DNA from: Candidatus Marinacidobacterales bacterium
GTDB lineage: Bacteria > Acidobacteriota > Vicinamibacteria > Marinacidobacterales > DATDRI01
Length of the DNA: 64,000 nt
Direction: 5' to 3'
Assembly: GCA_965219415.1 (NCBI GenBank)
Contig: OZ244742.1
Location: 256,001 to 320,000, forward strand
A model generated the notes under the pieces. It had not been told where the DNA came from. It was given only the letters and a program-made list of their open reading frames with translations, and did no database searches. Shown one piece after another: positions 19,862 to 29,437 of the stretch. Both the position numbers and the translations under genes were made by a program. The first letter of the stretch is position 1; every line of letters begins with the position of its first letter.

Positions 19862-19891
19862 TTGACAGTCCGATTTGAGCCCCGCTATAAT
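19862..19891 (+). promoter_or_regulatory. consensus sigma70 promoter of tRNA-Gly
   Basis: TTGACA (19862-19867), 18 nt, TATAAT (19886-19891), about 20 nt upstream of the tRNA. Confidence 0.85.
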
Positions 19892-19912
19892 CTTTAGGCT
19901 TTAGGTTTGGGG

Positions 19913-19988
19913 GCGGGCGTAGCTCAGTTGGTAGAGTACAAGCTTCCCAAGCTTGGGGTCGCGGGTTCGAACCCCGTCGCCCGCTCCA
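19913..19988 (+). tRNA. tRNA-Gly(CCC)
   Basis: GCGGGCG acceptor stem, D-arm AGCTCAGTTGGTAGAGT, anticodon arm CAAGC-TTCCCAA-GCTTG, GGTTCGAAC T-loop, encoded CCA; 76 nt. Confidence 0.97.
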
Positions 19989-20108
19989 GAGTGGTGAAAC
20001 CGACGCATGTTGCACCCACCACGACGCATCGTTTTCTCACCTCGTTACTCGCTGCAGCGGTTGGACCCTACTTGAGCGCTGCGGCGTGAGCCCAAACTCC
20101 AGGAGGTA

Positions 20109-21569
20109 GGGGATGTCCCGCCGGATGTTGAATTTGGGGTAGCGGCGGCTCCTTGGCCGGCCTAAGAATAGGTCTGCCAAACAACCGTCTCCAGAGGGGG
20201 ACAAGGAGCCACCAATGCCTAGGAAATCAAAGAAGCCAGTAAGAAAGCAAACGCACTCGCCTACGGGCAAGGTAGTTGGCCAAGTCGGTCAGATACTGCT
20301 ACCGATGATAGCTGGGATCGCGGCCACGAAGGCGGAACTGACGGAATGGGTGTACGAGCAAGGACTGACAGCTCTGCACCTACTGCTCAGAGAGGACGCC
20401 GAGGAGATCGCGGGGCTCAAGGGCAAGCACGAGAAGGAGCGAACTCATAACCACTGGGGGAGCACGAACGGAGAGCTGAGCTTCGGTGGTCGTCGCATCC
20501 AAGTGTCGCGACCTCGAGTTCGCTCGAAGTCGGGCGAGGAGGCGTCGCTTCCACACTTCGAAGCCTTCCGCGAAGAAGACCCGCTTCTAGAGCGAGCGTT
20601 GAATCAGATCTTGGTGGGGGTATCGACCCGAAATTACGAATCGAGTCTGGACAAACCCCGCGGCCAAGTTGAAGTCTCGTGGCACGAGTAAGAGTGCCGC
20701 CAGCCGTCACCTCGTGAGCCAGACGACTAAGAAGCTCGAGGAATACCTGTCTCGGCGGCTAGAGGAGTTCGAGCTTGCGGCACTGATGCTGGATGGCCTT
20801 GAGGTGGCCGGACAGACCGTCGTCGTAACTCTAGGTATCACAATAGATGGAACGAAGGTGCCCCTGGGTATATGGCTGGGCTCGACGGAGAACTCTCGGG
20901 TGTGCACCGCGATGTTGCAGGACCTTCTTGAACGGGGCTTGCGCGTCGATGAGTCGATTCTCTGCGTAGTGGACGGAGGCAAAGGCATCCGCAAGGCACT
21001 CGTCGACGTTTTGGGGGACCTCGCGGTCATCCAAAGGTGCCAGATCCATAAACTCCGGAATCTTCGCTCGTACCTTCCCAAGTCTCGTCACGCCTACGTG
21101 CTCCAGACGATGAAGGAAGCCTACAAGTGCAAGAGTGCCGACAAGGCGCGCAAGCGACTTCAGGCATTGGTGTCGTGGCTCGAGCGAAACGGCTACGACG
21201 AAGCTGCCGGAAGCCTTCGTGAAGGGATGGAAGAGACACTCACGGTCGTGAAGCTCGCGCTGCCCGCCTTACTTCGCCAGTCTCTTGCCACGACGAACGC
21301 CATTGAGAATCTCAACGGAACCATTCGCAGAGTATCGAGAAACCTCAAGCGTTGGAAGAGTCCTTCCATGGTTCGCCGATGGACCGCTCTTGGCGTCGTC
21401 ACCGCGCAGAAAAAGTTCCGGCGTATCAAAGGCTATCGCCATATGGGCGCTTTCGTTCACGCGCTTAGAAGCAAACAGAAATCTCTTGACAGCGATGAGT
21501 TTGCTGCCTAAGAGTATTCACAGGTGCCGCCGCTACCCGACCAAATTCAACAGCGGCCGGGACATCCCC
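20109..21569 (+). mobile_element. IS256-family insertion sequence (copy A)
   Basis: Imperfect terminal IRs of about 40 bp (GGGGATGTCCCG...TGTTGAATTTGG...GGTAGCGGCGGC). 8-bp TSD AGGAGGTA at 20101-20108 and 21570-21577. Confidence 0.95.
20215..21511 (+). CDS. IS256-family (Mutator-type) DDE transposase, one frameshift near 20660
   Basis: RPRVRS, GVSTRN, LMLDG, VDGGKG, IQRCQIHK and TTNAIENLN across ORFs 20215-20691 and 20669-21511. Confidence 0.93.
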
Positions 21570-21579
21570 AGGAGGTAAC

Positions 21580-22086
21580 GTGGGATTGTTTGGAAAATCT
21601 GAGCCCGACAAGCCAAATCCGGCAAGCGGTCCTCGAAGTGCTTCAACGCCAAGCGAGGCCGCGTCGGTGGCGGCCCGTACGCTCATCGGCCCCGAAACGG
21701 TCATCACCGGCGAGCTAAACACGAGCGAGGTCGTCCAAATCGAAGGCCGCGTGGAAGGCAAAATCAAGAGCCGTGGGTTGGTCGTGATAGGCGAAGCCGG
21801 ACGCGTGAAAGCGGAGATTGAGGCGGACAACGTCTCCATCCGTGGCAAGCTGGAAGGCGATTGCGCGGCGAAGAGCAAGGTCGAGATCACTAGCACCGGC
21901 AAGGTCTTTGGGAATCTTCGCGCTCCGCGCATCGCCGTCGCCGAAGGAGCCATCTTCCGCGGAGCCAGCCAGATGACGGTCAGCGAGGAGCACTCGGGCC
22001 AAAAGAAACCTGCGGCGTCATCGTCTGTGCCGGGATCCGAGGCGGCGTCGACGCCCGGCTCCACCGGAAAGCCTCACGGAAAGTGA
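21580..22086 (+). CDS. bactofilin (CcmA family polymer-forming cytoskeletal protein)
   Basis: TLIGPETVITGEL...IEGRVEGKI...IGEAGRVKAEIEA...GKVFGNL...GAIFRG beta-helix pattern. Confidence 0.93.
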   Translation: MGLFGKSEPDKPNPASGPRSASTPSEAASVAARTLIGPETVITGELNTSEVVQIEGRVEGKIKSRGLVVIGEAGRVKAEIEADNVSIRGKLEGDCAAKSKVEITSTGKVFGNLRAPRIAVAEGAIFRGASQMTVSEEHSGQKKPAASSSVPGSEAASTPGSTGKPHGK

Positions 22087-22180
22087 CCATCGTGGTCGGG
22101 AAACCGGCTCGGTCTTGTGAGTTGACGCCGAATTGACGCGGCACGTTCGAGTCTGAAAAAGCCGACCAGAGTAGACCACC

Positions 22181-23293
22181 ATGCGAATCGGAACGGTAAA
22201 AGAGTTGAAGGACAACGAGTACCGAGTCGGCCTCGTACCCGGCGGCGTCAAGACACTTTACGAGGCTGGACACGAGATCCTCATCGAGGACCGGGCAGGG
22301 ATCGGGAGCGGCGTCGGAAACGAAGAGTACGAGGCGGCGGGGGCACGTATCGTTCCCTCAGCCGACGATGTGTTCCGAGAGGCCGACATGGTCATCAAGG
22401 TCAAGGAGCCCCTGGATTCCGAGGTACCCAAGCTCCGCGACGGGCAGATCCTCTTTACTTATCTCCACCTCGCCCCCCTGCCGAAGCTCACCGAAGCGTT
22501 GCTGGAAAGAAAGGTAACCGGGATTGCCTACGAGACCATCGCCACCGACGATGGAGCCCTGCCCCTTCTGACACCGATGAGCGAGGTGGCGGGCCGCATG
22601 GCGATCCAAGAGGGTGCGCACTACCTCGAGAAAAACCAGGGGGGAGCAGGAATACTTCTGGGTGGTGTCCCGGGGGTCCCGCCGGCCCATGTGGTCATCA
22701 TCGGGGGCGGAGTCGTGGGCGTGAACGCGGCAAAGATGGCGGTAGGAATGGGTGCACGTGTCACCGTCATCGAGAAGAGTCACTCCAAGATGCAGTACCT
22801 GGACGACCTGTTCTCGAGCTTGATCACAACTTTGATGTCGAACCCGCTGACCATCCTCGAATCGGTTCGCACCGCCGATCTCGTCGTGGGGGCGGTGCTC
22901 GTCCCGGGTGCGGCGGCGCCCAAGTTGGTAACCCGGGATATGGTTCGCCAGATGAAACGCGGATCGGTGATCGTGGACGTCGCCGTCGACCAAGGGGGAT
23001 GCATCGAGACCACGCATCCCACCACACATAGCGACCCTACTTACTTCGTGGACGAAGTCCTCCACTATTGCGTTGCGAACATGCCGGGAGCGGTGCCGCG
23101 AACCTCTACATTTGCTTTGACGAACCTCACGCTCCCCTACGCGCTGCGTATCGCTCACGATGGTTTCGTGCCCGCGATGCAAGCAGACCCGTCACTCCGC
23201 AAAGGCGTCAACGTTTACCAAGGCAAAGTGACCTGCGAACCCGTCGCCACCTCACAGGAGCGTTCCTTCGCCGACCTGCTGAGCCTATTGTGA
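22181..23293 (+). CDS. ald: alanine dehydrogenase
   Basis: [37 protein letters not shown] and [11 protein letters not shown] motifs. Confidence 0.97.
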   Translation: MRIGTVKELKDNEYRVGLVPGGVKTLYEAGHEILIEDRAGIGSGVGNEEYEAAGARIVPSADDVFREADMVIKVKEPLDSEVPKLRDGQILFTYLHLAPLPKLTEALLERKVTGIAYETIATDDGALPLLTPMSEVAGRMAIQEGAHYLEKNQGGAGILLGGVPGVPPAHVVIIGGGVVGVNAAKMAVGMGARVTVIEKSHSKMQYLDDLFSSLITTLMSNPLTILESVRTADLVVGAVLVPGAAAPKLVTRDMVRQMKRGSVIVDVAVDQGGCIETTHPTTHSDPTYFVDEVLHYCVANMPGAVPRTSTFALTNLTLPYALRIAHDGFVPAMQADPSLRKGVNVYQGKVTCEPVATSQERSFADLLSLL

Positions 23294-23314
23294 ACTAGGG
23301 TACTCGGCTCCAAC

Positions 23315-24160
23315 GTGACATCTCCCTTTCGACTCTTGCTCGATCCGCCTCACGATGGAGCGATGAACATGGCTGTCGATGAAGCGCTTTTCCTCTCCGC
23401 GATCGGCGGCCAGGCACCACCAACGGTTCGCTTGTACTCTTGGTCTCGCCCCACACTTTCCATCGGCTACCGACAGAATCTGGAAGAAACCTGCGACCTC
23501 GAAGCGTGTCGAAGACTCGGGATCGAAACGGTCCGGCGCCCTAGCGGAGGAAGAGCGGTGCTTCACGATCAGGAACTCACCTATTGCGTTGCCGCTGGTG
23601 CGCAAGGACCCTTTCGAGGGCTTTCGGTGCGGAGCGTCTACTGGTGGGTTAGCCGCGTGCTACACCGCTGCCTCGAGAAGAAGGGAGTGCCGGTGGATCC
23701 TCTTCCCTCTCCCTCCAAACACTCACCGACCCGTCAGCTGTCGAACCACGCGCTCCCTTGTTTCGCCGTTCCCACCGGCCATGAGCTTACTTCGAGGCGC
23801 CGCAAGCTGGTTGGAAGTGCCCAGAAGTGGAGCCGCCGAGGTTTCATGCAGCACGGCTCGATCCTCATGAGCATCGATTCGGCACTTTGGGCGCAGGTCG
23901 TCAGCCAAGAGGCCGCGAATGAGCTGCGCGCCGTCGGTGTCAACGAGCTCGTCGAGCCTCCTCTCTCCACGTCGCAGTTGATGAAGGACCTAGCGGCCGA
24001 GTTCGAGTACGCCATGGGTCAACCGGCCACCGAGCAGGCCCTCTCGGGCTTCGAGATCGAGACGGCTCGGCGCCTGGCTAAGACCAAGTACTCGACGGGT
24101 AGCTGGACGGTCCATCCGAGCGATTTTCCACGGCGTTCAGCTTTTGAGAAGGCTGTTTGA
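23315..24160 (+). CDS. lipoate-protein ligase A / LipM-type octanoyltransferase family
   Basis: NMAVDEAL, RRPSGGRAVLH, KLVGSAQ and QHGSI motifs. Confidence 0.92.
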   Translation: MTSPFRLLLDPPHDGAMNMAVDEALFLSAIGGQAPPTVRLYSWSRPTLSIGYRQNLEETCDLEACRRLGIETVRRPSGGRAVLHDQELTYCVAAGAQGPFRGLSVRSVYWWVSRVLHRCLEKKGVPVDPLPSPSKHSPTRQLSNHALPCFAVPTGHELTSRRRKLVGSAQKWSRRGFMQHGSILMSIDSALWAQVVSQEAANELRAVGVNELVEPPLSTSQLMKDLAAEFEYAMGQPATEQALSGFEIETARRLAKTKYSTGSWTVHPSDFPRRSAFEKAV

Positions 24161-24298
24161 ACGCTCAGGAGGCTTTCCGCCCGGCGTCCTGACAAGGCTT
24201 CTCCGCCGATGGCAGGTATGCTATCCTTTCTGTTGACCCCTGGAATCAACGTTCGAGCTCAGTCGTTCGTCCGCGCTTCGCGCGAACTGACGGTTTTC

Positions 24299-24327
24299 TT
24301 GACAACTCGGGAGATATTTGCTAAATA
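24299..24327 (+). promoter_or_regulatory. putative sigma70 promoter of the hrcA operon
   Basis: TTGACA at 24299-24304, 17 nt spacer, TGnTAAAT, immediately before the CIRCE. Confidence 0.7.
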
Positions 24328-24332
24328 AGGAC

Positions 24333-24359
24333 TTAGCACTCTTGAGCCGAGAGTGCTAA
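24333..24359. promoter_or_regulatory. CIRCE operator (HrcA binding site)
   Basis: Exact TTAGCACTC-N9-GAGTGCTAA directly upstream of hrcA. Confidence 0.98.
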
Positions 24360-24383
24360 GTCTGAACTTCCGAGTGACTAAGG

Positions 24384-25454
24384 ATGACGACGCCAGAATT
24401 GGATACCCGAACCCAGAATATCCTTCGGCAAGCGGTGCATACGTTCATCGCTTTCGGTGACCCGGTGGGCTCCAGGACGCTTGCCAAAGTGAACTCCCTG
24501 GGGCTCTCTCCAGCCACGATTCGAAACATCATGGCGGATCTCGAAGAGCTTGGTTATCTCTTCCAACCCCACACCTCGGCCGGACGAGTACCGACCGACA
24601 AGGGATATCGTTTCTACGTCAGCACGGTCATGAGCGGCAGCGGCCTGTCGCCGGGCGAGCGGGACATGATCGGAAGCAGTTTGAAGCAGTCGGAGGGGGA
24701 CGTCGGCTCTCTCATGCAAGGGACCTCCCACCTCCTGGCTAGCATGACCGACATGGTGAGCTTCGTCATCGGCCCCGATATCCAGCAAAGTACGTTGCAG
24801 CAGGTGGATTTCGTAACGCTCGCACCACGACGCCTTCTCGTGGTGGTGGTCTCGGAAACGGCGCAGGTCGTAAGCCGGGTGGTCGAGCTCGCGGAAGACT
24901 TCACCGGTCCAGAGCTGGAGCGGTTCGCTCGGTATTTGAACACCGCGTTCCGGGGCTTCACCCTCGCGGAGGCGAGGGAAACGTTGCTCTTGAAACTGAG
25001 AGAAGAGCAGGCGCTATACGATCGTGTCGTCAAGAACGCCTTGACCTTGGGTCGGGTGGCTTTCGCGGAGAACGCGGCAGCGTCCGACGTGTACGTCGAG
25101 GGCACCTCGCGGATACTCGCCAAGCCCGAGTTCAGCACCAACATCGAACGCGCACAGCAACTCTTCGCTACGCTCGAGGAGAGGAACCGCATCCTAGAAA
25201 TCCTCACCGCCTGTTTAGAGGGCAGCGGCCTCCAGATCGTTATCGGCTCGGAAGCGCCGGTTCCAGACCTCGAGGGCATCTCGCTGATTGCAGCCAGCTA
25301 TCGGTACCGAGGTCGAGAGTTGGGATCGGTCGGAATCATTGGGCCGACCCGGATGAAGTATGCAAAATTTATCTCGGTCGTGGACTACATCGCCCATTCG
25401 TTGTCGGATACGATCAGCCACGGCAGGGGCAACAAAATCAAGGGATTATCATGA
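24384..25454 (+). CDS. hrcA: heat-inducible transcription repressor HrcA
   Basis: PVGSRTL, SPATIRNIMADLEELG, QPHTSAGRVPTDKGYRFYV and IIGPTRM.Y motifs. Confidence 0.97.
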   Translation: MTTPELDTRTQNILRQAVHTFIAFGDPVGSRTLAKVNSLGLSPATIRNIMADLEELGYLFQPHTSAGRVPTDKGYRFYVSTVMSGSGLSPGERDMIGSSLKQSEGDVGSLMQGTSHLLASMTDMVSFVIGPDIQQSTLQQVDFVTLAPRRLLVVVVSETAQVVSRVVELAEDFTGPELERFARYLNTAFRGFTLAEARETLLLKLREEQALYDRVVKNALTLGRVAFAENAAASDVYVEGTSRILAKPEFSTNIERAQQLFATLEERNRILEILTACLEGSGLQIVIGSEAPVPDLEGISLIAASYRYRGRELGSVGIIGPTRMKYAKFISVVDYIAHSLSDTISHGRGNKIKGLS

Positions 25455-25549
25455 AACAACCCAGTCAGGCCACCGCGAAGGGATGGACGACACCCATACG
25501 ATGAACGCGGATCGCAATCCAATGCAGAGCGAACACAAGGAGAAGTCCG

Positions 25550-26287
25550 CTGAGTAAAAGCAAGAAAACGATACCGGTGACAGACGGGTCAAACGGGGAA
25601 GACCGGGAAGAATCCGCCGTGAGGGACCACACCGACTCCCCTCAGCCCGCGGCGGCTCGAGAAGAAGAGTACGGGCTGGCAGCAGTGGAGCCCGAGCAGG
25701 AAGAGACTGGCCTAGCGGCGGTCGAGCCGACTGAACCAGTTGATGAAGACACAAGGCTCGAGAAACTCAACCAGGAGCTCCAGGAAACCCAAGACCTCCT
25801 CCGTCGTAAACACGCGGAGTTTGAGAACTATCGGAAGCGCATCGAGCGTGAGCAGAAAGAGTTCGTTTCCTACGCAACCTCCGAGCTAGTTCTCGGGATC
25901 CTGCCGGTGCTGGACAACTTGGAACGCGCTTTGGGATCCGCGCAGTCCGCCGAAACGGGCCCCGAGAACCAGATCAGTGAAGGAGTCGCCATCATTTATC
26001 GCCAATTCAGTGACATTTTGCAGAAGGCTGGCCTGCGTGAAGTAGCGGCTTTGGGGGAGGATTTCGACCCTCACGTACATGAAGCCGTGGCTCGCGTCGA
26101 AACTACCGAACACCGCGAAGGCGAGATTCTGGATGTTCTTCAAAAGGGTTACTTTCTTAAGGAGCGTTTGTTGAGACCGGCGATGGTCAGAGTCGGCCAC
26201 AACCCCTCGTTCAACGAGGAAGATAACGATACCGAGTCGCCCGAGGAAGTTCGGGCTGCCGACGACAGTTCGAAGTCTGAAGCCTAA
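25550..26287 (+). CDS. grpE: nucleotide exchange factor GrpE
   Basis: AEFENYRKR, LPVLDNLERAL, FDPHVHEAV and QKGY...LLRPAMV motifs. Start is CTG 25550 (SD-supported) or GTG 25577. Confidence 0.95.
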   Translation: MSKSKKTIPVTDGSNGEDREESAVRDHTDSPQPAAAREEEYGLAAVEPEQEETGLAAVEPTEPVDEDTRLEKLNQELQETQDLLRRKHAEFENYRKRIEREQKEFVSYATSELVLGILPVLDNLERALGSAQSAETGPENQISEGVAIIYRQFSDILQKAGLREVAALGEDFDPHVHEAVARVETTEHREGEILDVLQKGYFLKERLLRPAMVRVGHNPSFNEEDNDTESPEEVRAADDSSKSEA

Positions 26288-26398
26288 TCCGATGCTTAAT
26301 GTGATGCCTAGTGTGATGATAGACCCGGAATTATCGAGGGCGTGGTTCTCGGCGTCCGAATCGCTCGCCGACGAAGCCAGAAACAAAGGAGCTAAGCA

Positions 26399-28198
26399 TT
26401 GGGCAAGGTGGTAGGAATAGATCTCGGCACGACAAACTCGTGCATTGTCGTGATGGAAGGCGGAACCGCACAAGTCATCCCTAATCAGGAGGGCGCACGG
26501 ACAACTCCTTCCATCGTGGCCTTTACCAACAAGGGTGAGCGGCTAGTGGGACAGATCGCCAAGCGGCAAGCCCTGACCAATCCCCAAAACACCGTCCACG
26601 GCGTGAAGAGGTTGATCGGACGGCGTTTCGACTCTCCAGAAATCGAGAGCGCTAAGAACATTCTCCCCTACGAGATGGTCCAGTCCGCCAACGGAGACGC
26701 CCACATCAAGATCGACGATAAAATCTATAGCCCCCCCGAGCTCTCCGCCATCGTCCTTCAGAAACTGAAGGCGGCGGCGGAAGACTATCTCGGTGAACCG
26801 GTGGAAGACGCCATCATCACCGCGCCGGCGTATTTCAACGATTCGCAGCGGCAAGCTACCAAGGATGCCGGGCAAATTGCTGGGCTGAAAGTGCTGCGTA
26901 TCTTGAACGAGCCCACTGCAGCCGCGCTGGCCTACGGAGCCCAACAAACGAGCGCCACCAAGGTTGCGGTCTACGACCTCGGTGGAGGCACTTTCGACAT
27001 CTCGATCCTAGAGCTCCAAGACGGGCTGTATCAGGTACTCGCTACCGGTGGCGACACCTATCTCGGGGGCGAGGACATCGATCAGCTGATCATCAATTGG
27101 CTAGTCGATGAGTTTAAAACGGAGACCGAGATCGATCTCACCGGCGATCGCATGGCCCTCCAAAGGCTCAAGGAAGCTGCGGAGAAGGCCAAGTGCGAGC
27201 TCTCAACATCCGCTCAATCGGAGATCGTTCTTCCCTTTATCTCCGCGAACCAGTCCGGCCCTAAACACCTCAACACCGTCCTCACCAAAGGACAGGTCGA
27301 GGAGATGATTGCGCCTTTGTTAGAGCGGACGGTCGAGCCGTGCATGACCGCCTTGAAGGACGCCGGCCTTACCAAGGACGAGATCGAGGACGTCGTTATG
27401 GTGGGCGGCCAGACCCGTACGCCCAAGGTGCTCGAGATCGTCCGGAAAGTCTTCGGCCGCGAGCCCAACCGGAGTGTGAACCCGGACGAAGTCGTATCGA
27501 TGGGCGCCGCGATCCAGACCGGTATCCTTTCCGGAGAGGTCACCGACCTGGTGCTGCTCGACGTCACACCGCACACGCTCGGCATCGAGACCAAGGATGG
27601 GACGTTTACTCCCCCCATCGATCGTCAAGCCACCATTCCCACCAAGAAGAGCCGGATCTTCACGACCGTCACCGACAACCAAACGAAGGTCGAGGTTCAC
27701 GTTCTTCAGGGCGAGAACGAGCAAGCCGCCTACAACACCTCACTGGGTCGGTTCCAACTGACCGACATCGCCCCCGCACCGAAGGGAGTCCCCCAGGTCG
27801 AAGTGTCCTTCGAGATCGACGTGAACGGCATCGTCCAAGTGACCGCGCTCGATCAGGCTACCGGCCGGCAACAGAATATCGTGACCCGCGCCGGGAGCGG
27901 TCTCTCCGAGGCCGAAGTGAACCGCCTAAAGACGGAGACCGAGACACGCGAGGAAGACAAGAAAACCGAGACAGAACGTGAGGCAGTCGAAAACCAACTA
28001 CAGGGACTATTGGAAAGCACCAAGAAAAGTTTCGACGAATTCGGCGACAAACTGACCGACGAGGAGAAGACCAAAGCGAGTGATGCCTTGGCGAGCGCAG
28101 AACAAAAAAAGGACGGCAGTGTCGAGGAGCTAAAGTCGGCTTTGACCGAGTTGGAATCTGCCGCCGCGGCTTTGTCGCAGGCAATGCTCGGAAGCTGA
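26399..28198 (+). CDS. dnaK: Hsp70 chaperone DnaK
   Basis: GIDLGTTNS, PAYFNDSQRQAT, NEPTAAALAYG, DLGGGTFDISIL and NPDEVVSMGAA motifs; TTG start after AAGGAG. Confidence 0.96.
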   Translation: MGKVVGIDLGTTNSCIVVMEGGTAQVIPNQEGARTTPSIVAFTNKGERLVGQIAKRQALTNPQNTVHGVKRLIGRRFDSPEIESAKNILPYEMVQSANGDAHIKIDDKIYSPPELSAIVLQKLKAAAEDYLGEPVEDAIITAPAYFNDSQRQATKDAGQIAGLKVLRILNEPTAAALAYGAQQTSATKVAVYDLGGGTFDISILELQDGLYQVLATGGDTYLGGEDIDQLIINWLVDEFKTETEIDLTGDRMALQRLKEAAEKAKCELSTSAQSEIVLPFISANQSGPKHLNTVLTKGQVEEMIAPLLERTVEPCMTALKDAGLTKDEIEDVVMVGGQTRTPKVLEIVRKVFGREPNRSVNPDEVVSMGAAIQTGILSGEVTDLVLLDVTPHTLGIETKDGTFTPPIDRQATIPTKKSRIFTTVTDNQTKVEVHVLQGENEQAAYNTSLGRFQLTDIAPAPKGVPQVEVSFEIDVNGIVQVTALDQATGRQQNIVTRAGSGLSEAEVNRLKTETETREEDKKTETEREAVENQLQGLLESTKKSFDEFGDKLTDEEKTKASDALASAEQKKDGSVEELKSALTELESAAAALSQAMLGS

Positions 28199-28223
28199 CG
28201 CAACAACAAAGGGGAGCCAGCGA

Positions 28224-29363
28224 TTGGTCAGCATAGGCCAGCGAGATTACTACGAAGTTCTAGGCGTCGGTAAAGCAGCAAGTCAACAGCAGATCAAGAG
28301 CGCCTACCGAAGGCTCGCCGTCAAACTTCACCCAGACAAAAATCCCGGGGACAAGAACGCCGAGGAAGCGTTCAAAGAAGCCGCGGAAGCCTACAGCATT
28401 CTGGGAGATCCCGAAAAGCGGGCCGTCTACGATCAATACGGTCGCGCCGGTCTCAAAGGCGGTCCCTCGGTCAACCAGGACATCTTTCGCGAGTTCTCCG
28501 ATATTTTCGGCGGAAGCATTTTTGAAGACCTGTTCGGCTTCGGTGACATATTCGGTGGAGCGCGGTCGAGAAGCTCCGTCCGACGCGGCGCAGATTTCCG
28601 CTACGATCTGGAGATCACCTTCGAAGAAGCGGTCAAAGGAACCGAGACGCGCATCCGGATCCCGAGCGACCAAACCTGTTCCAATTGCAGTGGTACCGGC
28701 GCAGCGCCAGGAACCGAGAAGTCTTCTTGTTCCACTTGCGACGGTCGCGGACATCTTCGCTACCAACAAGGGTTCCTGGTCGTCTCGCGTGCCTGCGGAA
28801 GGTGTCACGGCACCGGACAAGTCATCCCCACCCCTTGTCCAGAATGCTCTGGGAGCGGCCAGGTTTCCCGGGAGCGTGAGCTCGCAATCAAAATACCGGC
28901 CGGAGTGGACACCGGGTCGCAGCTTCGCCTAACCGGCGATGGCGAGACCGGTGTGGGCGGCGGACCACCTGGAGATCTCTACGTCTTTCTCCAGGTAGAG
29001 GATCATCCCTTCTTTGGGCGTCGCGAGGACGATATTTTCTGCGAGGTTCCCATCAGCTTTGCTCAAGCTGCCCTAGGCGATGAGATCGAAGTTCCGACCA
29101 TCGATGGCAAGGAGCGGATCAGCGTTCCCGAGGGGACGCAAACCGGAACGATCTTCAAGCTCAAAGGAAAAGGCGTCCCTCGACTTCGCGGGGCCGGCCG
29201 AGGACATCAACTGGTTGCGGTGAACGTGGTCACCCCGACCGAGCTAAGCGGCGAACAACGTAAACTACTCGCTCAACTTGGAGAGCTGACGCCCCCCTTG
29301 TCCGCAACGCACGAAGGAAACCCGAAGGAAAAGGGCTTCCTCGGGAAACTTTTCGGATCGTAG
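28224..29363 (+). CDS. dnaJ: chaperone DnaJ
   Basis: J domain with HPD, G/F region and four CxxCxGxG repeats. Confidence 0.97.
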   Translation: MVSIGQRDYYEVLGVGKAASQQQIKSAYRRLAVKLHPDKNPGDKNAEEAFKEAAEAYSILGDPEKRAVYDQYGRAGLKGGPSVNQDIFREFSDIFGGSIFEDLFGFGDIFGGARSRSSVRRGADFRYDLEITFEEAVKGTETRIRIPSDQTCSNCSGTGAAPGTEKSSCSTCDGRGHLRYQQGFLVVSRACGRCHGTGQVIPTPCPECSGSGQVSRERELAIKIPAGVDTGSQLRLTGDGETGVGGGPPGDLYVFLQVEDHPFFGRREDDIFCEVPISFAQAALGDEIEVPTIDGKERISVPEGTQTGTIFKLKGKGVPRLRGAGRGHQLVAVNVVTPTELSGEQRKLLAQLGELTPPLSATHEGNPKEKGFLGKLFGS

Positions 29364-29437
29364 ACCGTCGACGAGGGCGACGCGCTGGCCTGGAAAGCTT
29401 CGGCTGTCGTGCCGGTCGTCGATGTCAGCCCTGACCC

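Noticed and set aside
19907-20089. 60-aa ORF MGAGVAQLVEYKLPKLGVAGSNP
   Set aside because: It is a translation of the tRNA gene.
20640-20700. Programmed frameshift in transposase A
   Set aside because: IS256 transposases are normally single ORFs, no canonical slippery heptamer is evident, and copy B is intact; an indel is more likely.
19913-21569. tRNA-Gly as an integration site for a genomic island
   Set aside because: No integrase and no duplicated tRNA 3' end were seen; the IS lies 120 bp downstream and is explained by its own TSD.
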